A DNA stretch of 64,000 nucleotides. It comes from Parasitella parasitica NRRL 2501 (taxonomy: Eukaryota; Fungi; Mucoromycota). A program made the position numbers and the translations under genes. The stretch spans positions 1 through 64,000 of the forward strand of contig MU619354.1 in assembly GCA_025201805.1 (NCBI GenBank), given 5' to 3'. The notes under the pieces were generated by a model. The model saw only the letters and a list, made by a program, of their open reading frames with translations. It ran no database searches and was not told the DNA's origin. Below, one piece after another: positions 40,255-51,944 of this stretch (position 1 is its first letter; each line of letters opens with the position of its first letter).

Positions 40255-41841
40255 ATGGCATTTGGTAGCGGTACAGCAAGAACTTTGAAAATAAAACGTA
40301 ACAGAAAACTGCCACAGCGTGAGATTGTCGATGCAGACTTTGTTGTGCCTTCTTCCAATAAAACTATCGACGATCTTTTACTAGAACGAGCGCCCTCACA
40401 ACACGACAGATCCATTTTATCAGAACTATGGGGAGGCAATGCGTCAAATTTCGACAGAGACATAATGCCTACTGTCAGCATAGGAAAGCCTAAAAGATCT
40501 TTGAATAATGACAGCTCCACCAGGTCAAGAACGTATAAAGATATGCTGAAAGAGACACACAAGGACGACTGGAAACTGGATTTGAGCAACTTGACATTTG
40601 TCCCTCCAACAGCCAAAGGAAAACATATCCGCTCAGTGTATAATGATAGCAAACCACTTATTACTGAAACCTCAAAGGTAGCGTTTGAAATAGAAACTGA
40701 GGACATGGATTCAGAATATGTCGTCCAAGTGGATGATAAATTACAGGATGCAGAAAGTGATAAGAATTGTTCGGATGAAGGGAATCAAAACAACCTTGAT
40801 GAAGTCGAAAAATTAGAAGAAGGTAGTAATACAGAGTTTGAGAGCCTAGATAAAATCACAAAAACTGCTGCAGATTATACGTTACCGCTGCAACACAAGG
40901 ATTTTATACCCAAGGAAAATCATTGCGAACACTCAACGAACCAAAATACTACAAACGATCACTGTTTAGAAGTAAAGCAAGAGAAAATAAATTATTTAAC
41001 AGTAGTCGACTTTGAAAATGATGCAATGCAAGATGGAAATATGATCAACAACGATACTGATGATGGTTTATATGAATACTCTGAGGAAGAATGTAAGACA
41101 GATCAGGGCATGATTAAGCAGCCAGTTGTCATGTATCAAAGTATAGAAAGCAATTATGGTGAATCGAATGATTTGAAAGAAACAGAAATCCTACCAACAA
41201 TTGACGATAAACTTTCATCAAAAGGGGAAGTTTCTCAGGAACCGCAAATGGCTGAAACAAGCCCAAGTATAAGCAGTGGGTTAAAGGTCGTTAACGATCA
41301 ACAGCTGGTTCCAGAAACGTGTGTGGCTGAGAATGAGCAACTAGAACAACCCCCTACGCAGCTCATCCCATCAACAAAAGAAAACATCATTAATATACCG
41401 CTTTTTGGTCAAATAGCGGGTGAATGTGATGATAATAACAAGGTGGATGATCAGGAAAATGAACAGCTACTAGACATAATTACGGCACCTTTATTACGGC
41501 ATCTACTTTCTTCTGAAACCGAAAATAGTCGAATGATTAGTAAAAAGGATGTACAAGATGAAAAGCCGCTTTTAAATTTGGGTTCATCAGTGTCTGATGC
41601 AGAGGAGCACATCAAATCGAAATCAAAAATCATAAAGAGATGGCAGCAAAATCAAAAAAGGCACCGCATACTCAACATTTTAAAGGACACAACGGCACTG
41701 CATTGGATAGAAAATGGTAAAGATATTTCTTACAAAAAGGAACTTGGGTTTGTCAGGAAGCGGCAGTTGGAGCAAAAATTCAACAAGCCATTTGTAATTA
41801 AAAAACGTATTAAAGGCTGTTGGATTGTGGAGGATTGCTAG
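40255..41841 (+). CDS. Uncharacterised intronless protein (acidic disordered middle, basic N- and C-terminal segments)
   Basis: 528-codon ORF from ATG 40255; no family recognised. Confidence 0.7.
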   Translation: MAFGSGTARTLKIKRNRKLPQREIVDADFVVPSSNKTIDDLLLERAPSQHDRSILSELWGGNASNFDRDIMPTVSIGKPKRSLNNDSSTRSRTYKDMLKETHKDDWKLDLSNLTFVPPTAKGKHIRSVYNDSKPLITETSKVAFEIETEDMDSEYVVQVDDKLQDAESDKNCSDEGNQNNLDEVEKLEEGSNTEFESLDKITKTAADYTLPLQHKDFIPKENHCEHSTNQNTTNDHCLEVKQEKINYLTVVDFENDAMQDGNMINNDTDDGLYEYSEEECKTDQGMIKQPVVMYQSIESNYGESNDLKETEILPTIDDKLSSKGEVSQEPQMAETSPSISSGLKVVNDQQLVPETCVAENEQLEQPPTQLIPSTKENIINIPLFGQIAGECDDNNKVDDQENEQLLDIITAPLLRHLLSSETENSRMISKKDVQDEKPLLNLGSSVSDAEEHIKSKSKIIKRWQQNQKRHRILNILKDTTALHWIENGKDISYKKELGFVRKRQLEQKFNKPFVIKKRIKGCWIVEDC

Positions 41842-42524
41842 ATGCTATAGGCGTGGGGATCTCACAAGGGACACAGTGATTTTAGATGCAAATTTTTGAT
41901 GATCCCATTTGGGAATCATTTGTAATACAGTGCTCTTTCCAGTAATTGTTTCCAGGCTTCTTGTCTTTCTTTGGTGATCCACTCCCAGCTTTATTATCAC
42001 CAATGTCATTACACATATTATTCATATTATTCTTGTCATATATGTTAATGTCAAATATGTGTGCATTGGTGTCTGCAGCTTGAGGATTGGTGCCGGTTTT
42101 TCTACCTTTAATTTTTTAGCCCTTTTTGATTTGCTTAACTTCGCTTAGAAACCTTTCGGCCCAATTTTATCTTTTCAGGCTAATCTACAACAAACTCTTC
42201 TGTTTCGGAGTAACGATCTTTATTATAGCTATCTTCTATCATGATCTTTTTCTTTCCCATGTTAACGAAGTAATTTTTTATTTTTTTGAATTGAGGTCAT
42301 TATTGTCATTTCCCCTGTTCAAAATATTTGGCTTGGGACACAAATACAAAGCTCTCAACACGCCCGCAATGTCCTGAATTATTGGTACTATTCGATGAAC
42401 ACAACCATGCCATTATAGCGTGGTAATTTTATCTAGATGAAGCAACAAGCAAAATAAACTAAATTACTACAAATAGCGATAGATAATCATAAATAAGCTA
42501 TAAAGGACCTAAATGCATTAAGAT

Positions 42525-42581
42525 GTTTCCAAGTCAGATCTCGGTTCTACGATCATTTTAGAGCAAATGTTCGATATTTAT
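42525..42581 (+). repeat. Fragment of the repeat family seen at 115-185
   Basis: TTTCCAAGTCAGATCTCGGTTCTACGATCATTTTA...GAGCAAATGTTCGATATTTAT versus TTTCCAAGTTAGATCTCGGTTCTAAGGTCATTTTA...GAGCAAATATGTGATATTTAT. Confidence 0.75.
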
Positions 42582-43389
42582 ATATATTTCAGGCATTTCA
42601 ATACAATAAGAAGAGACTTGTAATAAATTACAGCTTTCAACAATAAAAGAAATTTATGATGCATTATGACATAAATACAGATGTTTAGAATGATGTACCA
42701 TGTTAATGTCAAGTAAGCAGTTATTATTGCTAACATTGGTATCTGGGTCATTACTTACTATATAAGATACGTAGATATTACTGGACAAGTAGTAATTGAC
42801 AGCAATGTATGGAGGTAAGTTTATGGTGATGAACTCCTTTGAGATGATGGATGTTAATCAGGAAGTGACCGATCAATTGTAGTAGTAAAATCTAATAAGG
42901 CTTTGATTATAGTAATAATTAGAACAAGAATAAGCAGAACTAGAATTAGATAGCTATTTTTACTAAGCTTCTGATATCTGGTAAGAGTTAAGCCTTATTT
43001 ATATTGTAAAGTAATACTCTGCGGTGCTTTTTTGTGAATTGATTTGGGTTGTTTGGAAATTTTTGTAGTAAACAGAACAATTCCGAGACTAATTCAACTG
43101 TTTTGCTGGTGTTTAAGTGTATATTATGTCCAATAACTAAAATTATATGGTATTTCAGTGATAGAATAGCAATATTAAGTATATAGGATAGAATTTAAAC
43201 TTGAGAAAGTTCGATTTATTTCAAATATACAGCATAATTCAATACGTACAATATCTAAGGTGAGACGTTTCCAGCATTCAACATCAGATTCAGGAACGTA
43301 GCTTCCATTGGCTCAGACTTTGATCACGTGCGGATAATCAATCAATACAATAAATATAAGTTACATTTGTAACAGCTCAATAATAACTT

Positions 43390-43475
43390 TATTTTTTAGT
43401 CGTAAGTAAAAGCGCCTTGAACAAAATGCTGCGGGTTCGAGGCCCACGAAAAGCTTTATTTATCTTTTTTTTTTT
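43390..43475 (+). pseudogene. Possible decayed tRNA / tRNA-derived SINE head
   Basis: T-arm/B-box-like GCGGGTTCGAGGCCCAC followed by GAAAAGC and a T-run; D and anticodon arms do not fold convincingly. Confidence 0.3.
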
Positions 43476-43978
43476 ATATATTTTACTTTCCATGTGGTTC
43501 ATTCAATCGTTTATCCTTCATTCTTAGTCGATTTCGATTAATGACAAAACACGGCAGCAAGTGAACTCCATCGTAAATGCTAAGTTGCTCAAAATTATAT
43601 AAACAAACCCATTCGTGCAATAATAATGAAAAACATGTTCTATCCAACTGTATCACTGCTAATATAGTTTCATTGAAGTCTTAACAATTAAAAATGTCTT
43701 AAAATCAAATCCTAGAAATTTGTGTATATTAATTATATAAGTTTACAGTTGTTATTACTGCTTTATACGTCCGTGCACACGGCGTTTTGAGGTCTTTCGC
43801 ATTATAAAAATTATGTCATAAAATACAACATGAATAATAGCATGAAACAATTTCAAGTCAATATAGAGTACCTTACTCTTCTTTAGCTACTATAGATGCA
43901 ATGAATTACGAAAGATGGCCAAATTGTTACGTGAAAGGTATGCGCATCCCTATTCTCTATCAATTACTGTACTTTAAA

Positions 43979-45922
43979 AACTATAACGCATTGTTATAGT
44001 TGTGTGTTTTTTTCATATATTTCCGTGTTATATTGTTGTTATAGCTAAAAAATTTATGGCAGACGGCGACAAATCGTTCAAGTAATTTCCTTTTAATGCT
44101 AATTCTTTATGTTTTTTCTGCGCAATTTATACGCTCAAGTATTAAGCAATCCTTCGTTGGTCCTTAATGCCTAGAATAATTTTTTTGCTCGATTTTTTTC
44201 ATACCTATCACAAGGGGGACGTATCAATAACTAATGTCAAATTTTCAATTAAAGATGATGACCGTCTTGCTCTGGGAGGTGGCGATGATAAGGACGCTGC
44301 TACAGGTGTACCCTGTAGGTGTACAGTTTGTTCAATTTGCTTTTGATTCTGCTTTTTCGTAGCACGGTGATAAGTACTTTGAGTACTTCTGTGCGACTTA
44401 TACTGCCCCCAAGCGGCCTGGTATTTTTCCTATTGTAATTGAGCTTTCCATAGTATGTGTCCGTTTTTTTCCACTTGTTGCTCAGCAAATTCTAAATAGG
44501 ACAATGGATCCTTCAAGTGTCGCTTTCGTGCTATTTCATCGACATACGCTATGGCATTATTCAAAATATACACGGCCGTTTCAATGGGCACGCCAACGCC
44601 AACAGGTTGATCTTGATTTTCAAAGGCTGCCTTTGCCTTAGAGCATTCTGATTTTGATTGGGCACACATACTTTTCAATACGTAGATCATACAGCATTCG
44701 TCGTCATGGATATGGTCATAAAGTATACAGATAAATTAGTGTCAGACCATTGCATTGTGTAAAGTTTACAAATGATGCCTCTTGTTCAATAAGACAGTAA
44801 ACAAGTGCAAGAATGGGTTTACAATAGCACCTTGAACTAGGACGAGGGATAATCGGGTACGCCTTGAAACAGTCCATATAAGCTTGGTGGATAAGAGTAT
44901 ACGGATCACCAGTAAGATATGAGCCCGGATACGTATCAAAGATGGAGTGTTCTTCATAATGGATTTGGTGGAAGAAAATTCATCAGGATTTAACACCGTT
45001 TTCAGGAACAAAATGTCATAAACGGGCTATCATCACTCTGCACTGGGGTAAAGATCAGCCGTTCAATGGCACCACCCATGTCTCTTTGCCTTGTCTAAAT
45101 AAATTCATCCCATTCTACTACCCATTTCTACTCAAGCTCGCTATGTGATATATTAAACCAAGTATAATACATTATCGCTAAGACTTGATCTATCTCCTAA
45201 ACATTCGTCCCCACCAGAATCGATAATACTGCAAGAATTGACGATTCCTCGAAAAATAACCCAGAAAAGAGACAGATCAACCAAGGCCGATGCTCTGGAG
45301 TCCCCTTTCTAAAAAGATTTCGTTAAGATAGGGTGCAATAGTTTCTGCAATGGGAAGTAGACATGAGCGGGCCCTGCCAATACACGACAGCTGCTTTGCA
45401 AAAGAGATATGAGAACCAGGTATTTCAGTTTCAAGTAGATCTCTGGTTGTCGAATTAATCACGGTTGCCAAAGAAATAAGGAGCGTAGATGCTTTTTGTT
45501 GTCTAAAAGCCGAACGCGAGTAGTTGATTAGTCGTTGGTAAAAAATTATATTAGCCTTATTTTGAATCTCGAATAGAATGCGAGGTATGTCATTAGAGCG
45601 GTTGACTGACTCGTACGCAACATCAGGGCGAGTGAAATCAATCCACTCGGTTGAAATGTCAATGTATTTATCTTTTGCCCTTGGTCCTACACAAACGAAA
45701 GGAATTAGTAACATGCTAATAGGTATATTTAAGCTTATATCAGTAATAGCCGAGACAACAACATTAATAACATCTTGATCAATTAACAACTGCTTGCTCA
45801 TTGAATCGGTTCCAGGTAAAAATTATTTCTTGGAAAAGAAAAAGTCTTGAGGTTGACGCCGTCTGCCTTAAAATTTCTAGCTATCACAAAAATGCCCTTT
45901 GCTATAACACGATGTTATAGTT
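43979..45922 (-). mobile_element. Inverted-repeat-bounded element carrying a decayed PD-(D/E)XK (Rpn-like) nuclease gene
   Basis: Left end ATAGCTAAAAAATTTATGGCAGACGGCGACAA (44041-44072) is the reverse complement of right TTGACGCCGTCTGCCTTAAAATTTCTAGCTAT (45853-45884), with few mismatches. Both ends carry CTATAAC-N5-GTTATAG hairpins. Internal minus-strand ORF pieces. Confidence 0.72.
44330..45801 (-). pseudogene. Disrupted PD-(D/E)XK nuclease-like ORF
   Basis: 45277-45801 STEWIDFTRPDVAYE...IPRILFEIQNKANIIFYQRLINY (PD...ExQ). A C-terminal helical piece lies at 44430-44690; stops and frameshifts in between. Confidence 0.6.
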
Positions 45923-47227
45923 ATTTCCTGAAAGATCAATACTATTTCTCTTGAAAACCCTACTGTACACACTAATAATAACCTTTTTTCTACATAGATG
46001 TTCTTTGTAAAGACACTTGGCCAGTTTAATATATTATTATCTCATCGCATACAGTAATTTTGAAATCATCGTAGATTCCACCATTTTTACATTTCATCTT
46101 GATTTCTGTTTATTGTTTCGAGTTGACAGATATACAAGGTAGGCTTGGATGAATCAATGTGCACCAAATATTCTTCTCTCTAGTAGTTTTATATGGTGAA
46201 TTCGGTATTAATACTATACATCATTGAATGTACATGATAAATTTCAACGTGGAATAATACATTTAAGTTTTGAATATATCGTTGATTGCAATATTTCATT
46301 CACTTCCAAAGGTTACAACAATCAAGTTGGACATTTTTCAAATACTTTTATTATGGTTTAGAGGAATGGTAATCAGAAAAATTCTATTTTTTGTATTAGG
46401 GCATATTGTATTAGCTAAAATTTTAGTAATTCATTGGTATATACACCTTGTTTTTTTTTATGAATTTGCATGGTAAACCCAAACATTATGTATCTGCTTT
46501 AACATGTTCGAAAACTAGAAAAAGTCCAGTTACTTTCTTAGAAACGCAGCACAATTTCTTTGAAGTTATACATTAAAGACGCTCATAACATGCCGTAGGA
46601 GGTAAAATCTTGCAGTTGTGTAGTATGTAGTTTTATATTAAAATAACGTTTTTAACCCTCTTTACGATTATAATTAGGGGTTTTTTTTAGACGTAATAAG
46701 ATCTGTATACGGTTTGGTTTCAGTCTTTCCACAATCTTTTTCTAGATGTAAGGTTTTAAATGCATATTTTTGTGATGAACAGGACATATGTTTTATATGG
46801 TATATATGCCACACGTATATACAGATGTCCATACGAAATATGTGGTTCTAGACATGATAATCTAGCTTTTTTTTTTTATTTAAAATATGTTGCTCCACTC
46901 ATATCAATGTAGTATTTAGTAATGTAAAATATGCGGTGAAATTGCCAAATTCACGTCAAGGTCATAAACCACATTTTTTCCTTATTTTCCTTATAAAAAT
47001 TTGTAGTTAAATGACAACATTCATGTGGCTCTAGACACAACAAATGGGCCATAGTGAAATGAACACAGTCAAACTAGCCGATGTGTATTCTATTCATACC
47101 ATCCAAACAAAGATGACACATCAAAAGATAAAGACTCATTTAAAGCATAGACTGTTGCTTCGCTTTAATTCTATGCTCGTTTGAAAAGAAATCCACTTAA
47201 TGTCGGCATATGACATATTTGCTTTAT

Positions 47228-47900
47228 TTACATGTAAGTTTTACATTTTTTTATTGAAATTTCAACGTTAATAAAGTATAATAATCCAAACTTTAAAACG
47301 GTCTTAACGATCAAGTTATAATATTCGAAAAATTGGTAGTAGAATAGTTGGGATTGATTGAGGTTCCTGACGAAGAAATGATCTGTTTCAGTCAATAAAG
47401 AACTACCACTTTTTACTATTTGTCCTGAAAACAAAATTAAATCAATATTTTCTGCTCTTACCATGCCAACAAGATAAATGTGTTCTCAGTGAATAATGAT
47501 AAAAGTCATTAGGCAAAAAGAAAAAAAATCATAGTATCGTATCCCTCTTCTTCATTTGCAGATTTTCTAAATGTAACTGAGTCTTTCTTATCATCAAGTC
47601 CCGAATCAGGGAAGCTTCTACAGTATTTCCAGTGTTCTTTGAAAGTAGCCAGGGCTGGTGGCCAGAAATCGTCTTCTGATATAATTTTATTAAGATGTCT
47701 TACTAGCAATTGCTTCCTCCCTACATTTATGAATGCTGTTGTAAATACTCTTTCTGTGAACTTGGCGGTACTTGGAAAAGCATCAGTCAGACAGATAATC
47801 ACATCTGATGGCTTGGTAGAGTCAGTGAGCATATCACCAACCATATCGTGTTGCTTTCTACCCTTAGCAGAAAAGGGAAAAACCAATAAAAAACCTTTAG
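47228..47900 (-). pseudogene. Fragmentary ORFs of unknown (probably repeat-derived) origin
   Basis: Protein-like segments (DMVGDMLTDSTKPSDVIICL...FWPPALATFKEHWKYC; VRAENIDLILFSGQ) without a clear start or family. Confidence 0.3.
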
Positions 47901-48437
47901 TATTGATGAACGAGTAACAGAAAAAAAAAGGTATGAATAATTTTATAGGGAAAGAACGGAGGCTGCTCTTTACAAATCTTCCTTTGTGAATAAATTTAGA
48001 ATGTGATCTTATGATCGAATTCAACTAAAAACTTAAATGATTGCACCATAATTTATCAATGTCCAGCAGATAATCATACAAGTTTGCATATCCATAAAAA
48101 TTAGCAATCATCTTTCTCAGAAGTAAGGGGTTGATGCAATGGATGAGGTGGTAGTAAAGCGTGTCCCTCTCTTTTTCTTTCTTGATGGCCATGTTTATTA
48201 TTAGAACGATTGGCAGTGTTTTACAACACTGAAAAAAGTTTGAATGTTCTAACCAATAAATACCTAGTTCTAGATATGAGCAATAGCTGGTTAACCAATC
48301 AGTCGATGCAACATTTTTGACAAAAAAAAAAACTATAAAAATCGATGGATAGCCGCATCTCCTTTCGTGTTTTCTTTAAAACTTTTTCAACTTTTTTAAA
48401 CATCTATCCAATTCTTTGTATCGTTCCACTGTTTAAA

Positions 48438-48452
48438 ATGGTTGCCTTTTAA
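48438..48452 (+). promoter_or_regulatory. uORF1 of GCN4/cpcA leader (MVAF*)
   Basis: AAAATGGTTGCCTTTTAA, strong start context, downstream of TATAAAA (~48334) and a pyrimidine-rich putative TSS. Confidence 0.7.
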
Positions 48453-48535
48453 TTCTCTTATCGTGTCCCCCCTCTCTTGTTTGAATCAATTTTATATCTT
48501 GTTAAATATTGATTAATTTGTTAAATTTGTTAAAT

Positions 48536-48670
48536 ATGCTTTTTGATTGCCCCCCAAAAATGCTGCTCTTCAACCGTCGTCCCAGCAAGCCTTTTTTCTC
48601 ATATACTACAGACGAACCCTCTACCTGCAACAGAAAAAAAACTAACTCAAGTCCCAACTACCCAATCTGA
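48536..48670 (+). promoter_or_regulatory. uORF2 of GCN4/cpcA leader (44 aa)
   Basis: MLFDCPPKMLLFNRRPSKPFFSYTTDEPSTCNRKKTNSSPNYPI*; out of frame with the main ORF and ending 20 nt before its ATG. Confidence 0.7.
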
Positions 48671-48690
48671 AAATAGAAACCAAGAAAACC

Positions 48691-49470
48691 ATGAATACAC
48701 CATTCAACCCCAACATCTTTGCTGGTGGCTACACCAGCCCCATCACTCCCATGCCTCAGCAAGATCAAGCATTTGCCCAAGTCTTCAACTCTACTAACTC
48801 CAATTCCCCTTGTATGGATGATTGGTTTGCGCCAATTCCTTCCAACCCAAATGACCTTTTCTTGAAACATTCTGACTCTTTCCAAGACATCCTTCAGTTG
48901 CTGCCTATCTCGCCTCCTCTGACTGCAAGTCCAGTATCCGATCAAGACAACGAGGCAGCTTCTGCTGAAGCTTTGGTGGCTCTTTTCCCTGACATCTTGA
49001 ACACCGCCAACGCTACTCGAGTTTCTTCGCCAAAGCCAGTTCAAGTGCAGACACAACAGCCTCGTCGCTTAGCGCCTGTCGCACCAAAACCTGCTCCTGT
49101 TGCTATTCTGCCCAAAACGGATATTCCCATTGCTCCTCGTCCTGGCGGAACCCTCTATACGCCCAGCATGAATACTATGAAGCGTAAGATCCAGAACCAA
49201 CAAGACAGTGATGAAGCTGCTCAAAAGCGCCAAAAGAATACCGATGCTGCTCGTCGTTCTCGTCTCAAGAAAATCGTTAAAATGGAAACATTGGAGAAGC
49301 AAGTTACAGAGTTAGAGAGTGATAATTCCCGACTCACGACCCGTGTTGCCGTGCTCGAGTCGGAAAAAAGTGCGCTTCTGTCTAAAGACAAAAGTCTCGA
49401 AGATCGTATCCGTGTCCTTGAAACTCAATTAGCGGAAGCACATAGAGCGCTTACATCTAAATCTCATTAG
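48691..49470 (+). CDS. GCN4: bZIP transcription factor, Gcn4/CpcA-like general amino-acid control activator
   Basis: Basic region KRQKNTDAARRSRLKK plus long leucine zipper; acidic/aromatic activation motifs (MDDWFAP, ALFPD); uORF-containing leader. Confidence 0.85.
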   Translation: MNTPFNPNIFAGGYTSPITPMPQQDQAFAQVFNSTNSNSPCMDDWFAPIPSNPNDLFLKHSDSFQDILQLLPISPPLTASPVSDQDNEAASAEALVALFPDILNTANATRVSSPKPVQVQTQQPRRLAPVAPKPAPVAILPKTDIPIAPRPGGTLYTPSMNTMKRKIQNQQDSDEAAQKRQKNTDAARRSRLKKIVKMETLEKQVTELESDNSRLTTRVAVLESEKSALLSKDKSLEDRIRVLETQLAEAHRALTSKSH

Positions 49471-49596
49471 TTATTTTTGTTTTAATCAATGCAATAAAAT
49501 AATCAAGGCCATTCAAAATAGCCTTGCAGTATAAGAAACATATGTCTCTATTTCATTATTACTTATGATGTTCGTGTTTTATTACTGCAATGCACA

Positions 49597-51257
49597 TTAT
49601 ACATCCACAAACCCTTCGACGAACTCGTAGATTGAATCAAGTGTACTTTGTTCGATCTGCTCATCTTCCAAAGGAGGTTTTCTTGCATAGCATGCAAACC
49701 AATCCAGATAAGACTTATTCTGTTCACATTCATCAATAATGCTGTCGATTAGGCTTCTGCTTAATGGCAGCTCTTGCTCTTGTTTGCTTTCTACGGACTG
49801 CAGCAGCGATTTGAAATTCATACCATGCAAATTACCAATTTGCCCACCTCCCCAGCCACCAATGGGTAGAGTAGCGTGTTCCTGACAGATATCAATAAAA
49901 TTTCCAACAAAAGACCTTGCTGGATCTTGTAGAGCAACCATCAAAAGACTGAAAATAGGGTGATTTGTGCTTGATTCATGATGGGAATTGATTGAAAATG
50001 AGGCGTTGCCTGAATGCAGTATGTGCTTCACTATGAATATAATAAGTACAGTATGCGTTGCTCAGTGTATATTGATACTTACAGTCAATGTTGATAGCTT
50101 TATTCGACACTGGTCCAGCATGTCGAACAGTATAATTTGTATCTACGATTTCAAAATAGCCACCAGGCTTCATTATCCTTGATATTTCAGACATCAGTTG
50201 CGACAGCTCTTCTGGCGAAAAATAATAGATCATCATTCGCATATGCACATAGTCAAATTCGCTGTCTGGATACGGTAACCCTTCAAGAACATCATGCAGT
50301 CGAAAGTGAGAGTTGTTGGGCTTGATATGATTCGGAAACAACGGGCAATCATCGATTCCGTAAAACTCTGTTTGCACATTTATATCTAGTTAGCACTGAA
50401 TTGTTGAACATTTGGATATTAAAATTACCTGCATTTGGAAATTCTGTTGCCATTTCAAGTATCCTAAAATAAAATTAAGCTATCAGTATATTTCTCATGA
50501 TTTTAACATTCAAAACGTTACCAAGTGCCTGATCCACAACCTATATCTAATACTTTAGTCTTGGTGTTTGAGTTTTCCAACATATTGTACACAGGGGCCG
50601 TGAAATTGCCTTGAAAAGTAGCTTTTAAAATATAATGCTACGTTTTTAAAAGCCTTAAATACATGTATGCTTGTCTAGACACATCAACTGCTCATATAAA
50701 TATATATATACCATTGTCATTAATCGATCCGATTCATCATCATCACAAGGTAGCATGAAATTTTGAGTGCCATGACCCTTCCAATATCGTCTATTGTGTA
50801 AAATAACGTATTCGAATGCATCAGCGACAAGGTCTGTTTTAGATGTTTTAATAGACATATTTTCTAGTTGAACAGTTGTGCTTGCAATAGATGATGCTGT
50901 AAAAGAGTCTTTAGGAGAGGCTGCCCCTTTCTTTTCTCGAGAATGCTGTGAAGATGAAGGGTATAAAGAAGAGTTCTTATTTGTGGATGCTGCTTTGATG
51001 GATGATTTTGAAGAAGAGTTTGAATGTATAGATCTGGCAGGCTGGGCAGTAGTTGCTGCTATTTCGAAAAAATTGATATTACCAGCGGGTCGATTTGGCT
51101 TTTGTGCATAGTGATGTGGTAATGGAGCAGCCATTTGAGTATCAAAGAATGAAGAAGCATACGGCTGAGGTTTTTTTGCTTTAGCGACTGTAGGATAACT
51201 TGTAGCTGTAGTATTCTGAGAATCTTTCGATGCCGACCTTGATTGTTCATTCCCCAT
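49597..51257 (-). CDS. LaeA-like class I SAM-dependent methyltransferase (multi-exon)
   Basis: NRRYW...FMLPCDDDESDRL, GNFTAPV, KVLDIGCGSGTW|ILEMATEFPNA|EFYGID, GLPYPDSEFDYVHMR, RIMKPGGYFEIVD, LPIGGWGGGQIG; N-terminus MGNEQS (myristoylation-like). Confidence 0.9.
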
Positions 51258-51944
51258 AATGATTTATATATGGATTCGAATATTTGGTTAAATTGAAGCA
51301 ATGTGAAGAGAAAAACGGAAAGAAAGGTTAATTAACAGCTACTTTTTCTTTTTGCCAGAAAATATCTGAGAAATACATTAGTAGTATGGACCTGCTGCTG
51401 CTGCTCACTTCCAATCAAAAATCTAGTGTTTCTGATGACTCCTATCAGTGTGTAACTCTTTTCTTTTTATGTAGCTGATCGTATTTATCTGAAGAACTGT
51501 GAATATACAGTTTTACAATACACTGTCTTCACAAATACGCTTTATTAAAGTCATTTTCTACGGCATTTCTATGTAAATTTAAATCTAATGCACATGTAAT
51601 TAAAATTGACTGTTCGGGAGTCATTTCTTTTGCAATTATACCATTATACTATCATGACTAACATCTGCCATTTGTTGTTCATTAATCTTTATCCGACACT
51701 TCGCTTTTAACACTGAAATTAATCTTAACTTTATCAGTCCAAGTGCTACTTGAGAATAAATAACCTTTTGTAAATATAAACACCTAAATTCGTTCATCTT
51801 CTTACAATGAATTCCTAACCAAAAAAAAATCCTGGAATTTTGACAGAATTTGCAAATCTCCCAACTAGATTTCAATCGAGACATCTTAAAAGTTACAGCC
51901 ACAAATTAAAGTAATGACCAATAACTGTACCTCGCTTACCTTAA

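Noticed and set aside
41882-42412. Protein-like minus-strand reading convergent with the 40255 ORF
   Set aside because: Multiple stops and frameshifts, no consistent splice model and no recognisable family
43767-43787. CCGTGCACACGG hairpin as a possible Helitron 3' end
   Set aside because: No CTRR terminus at the expected distance
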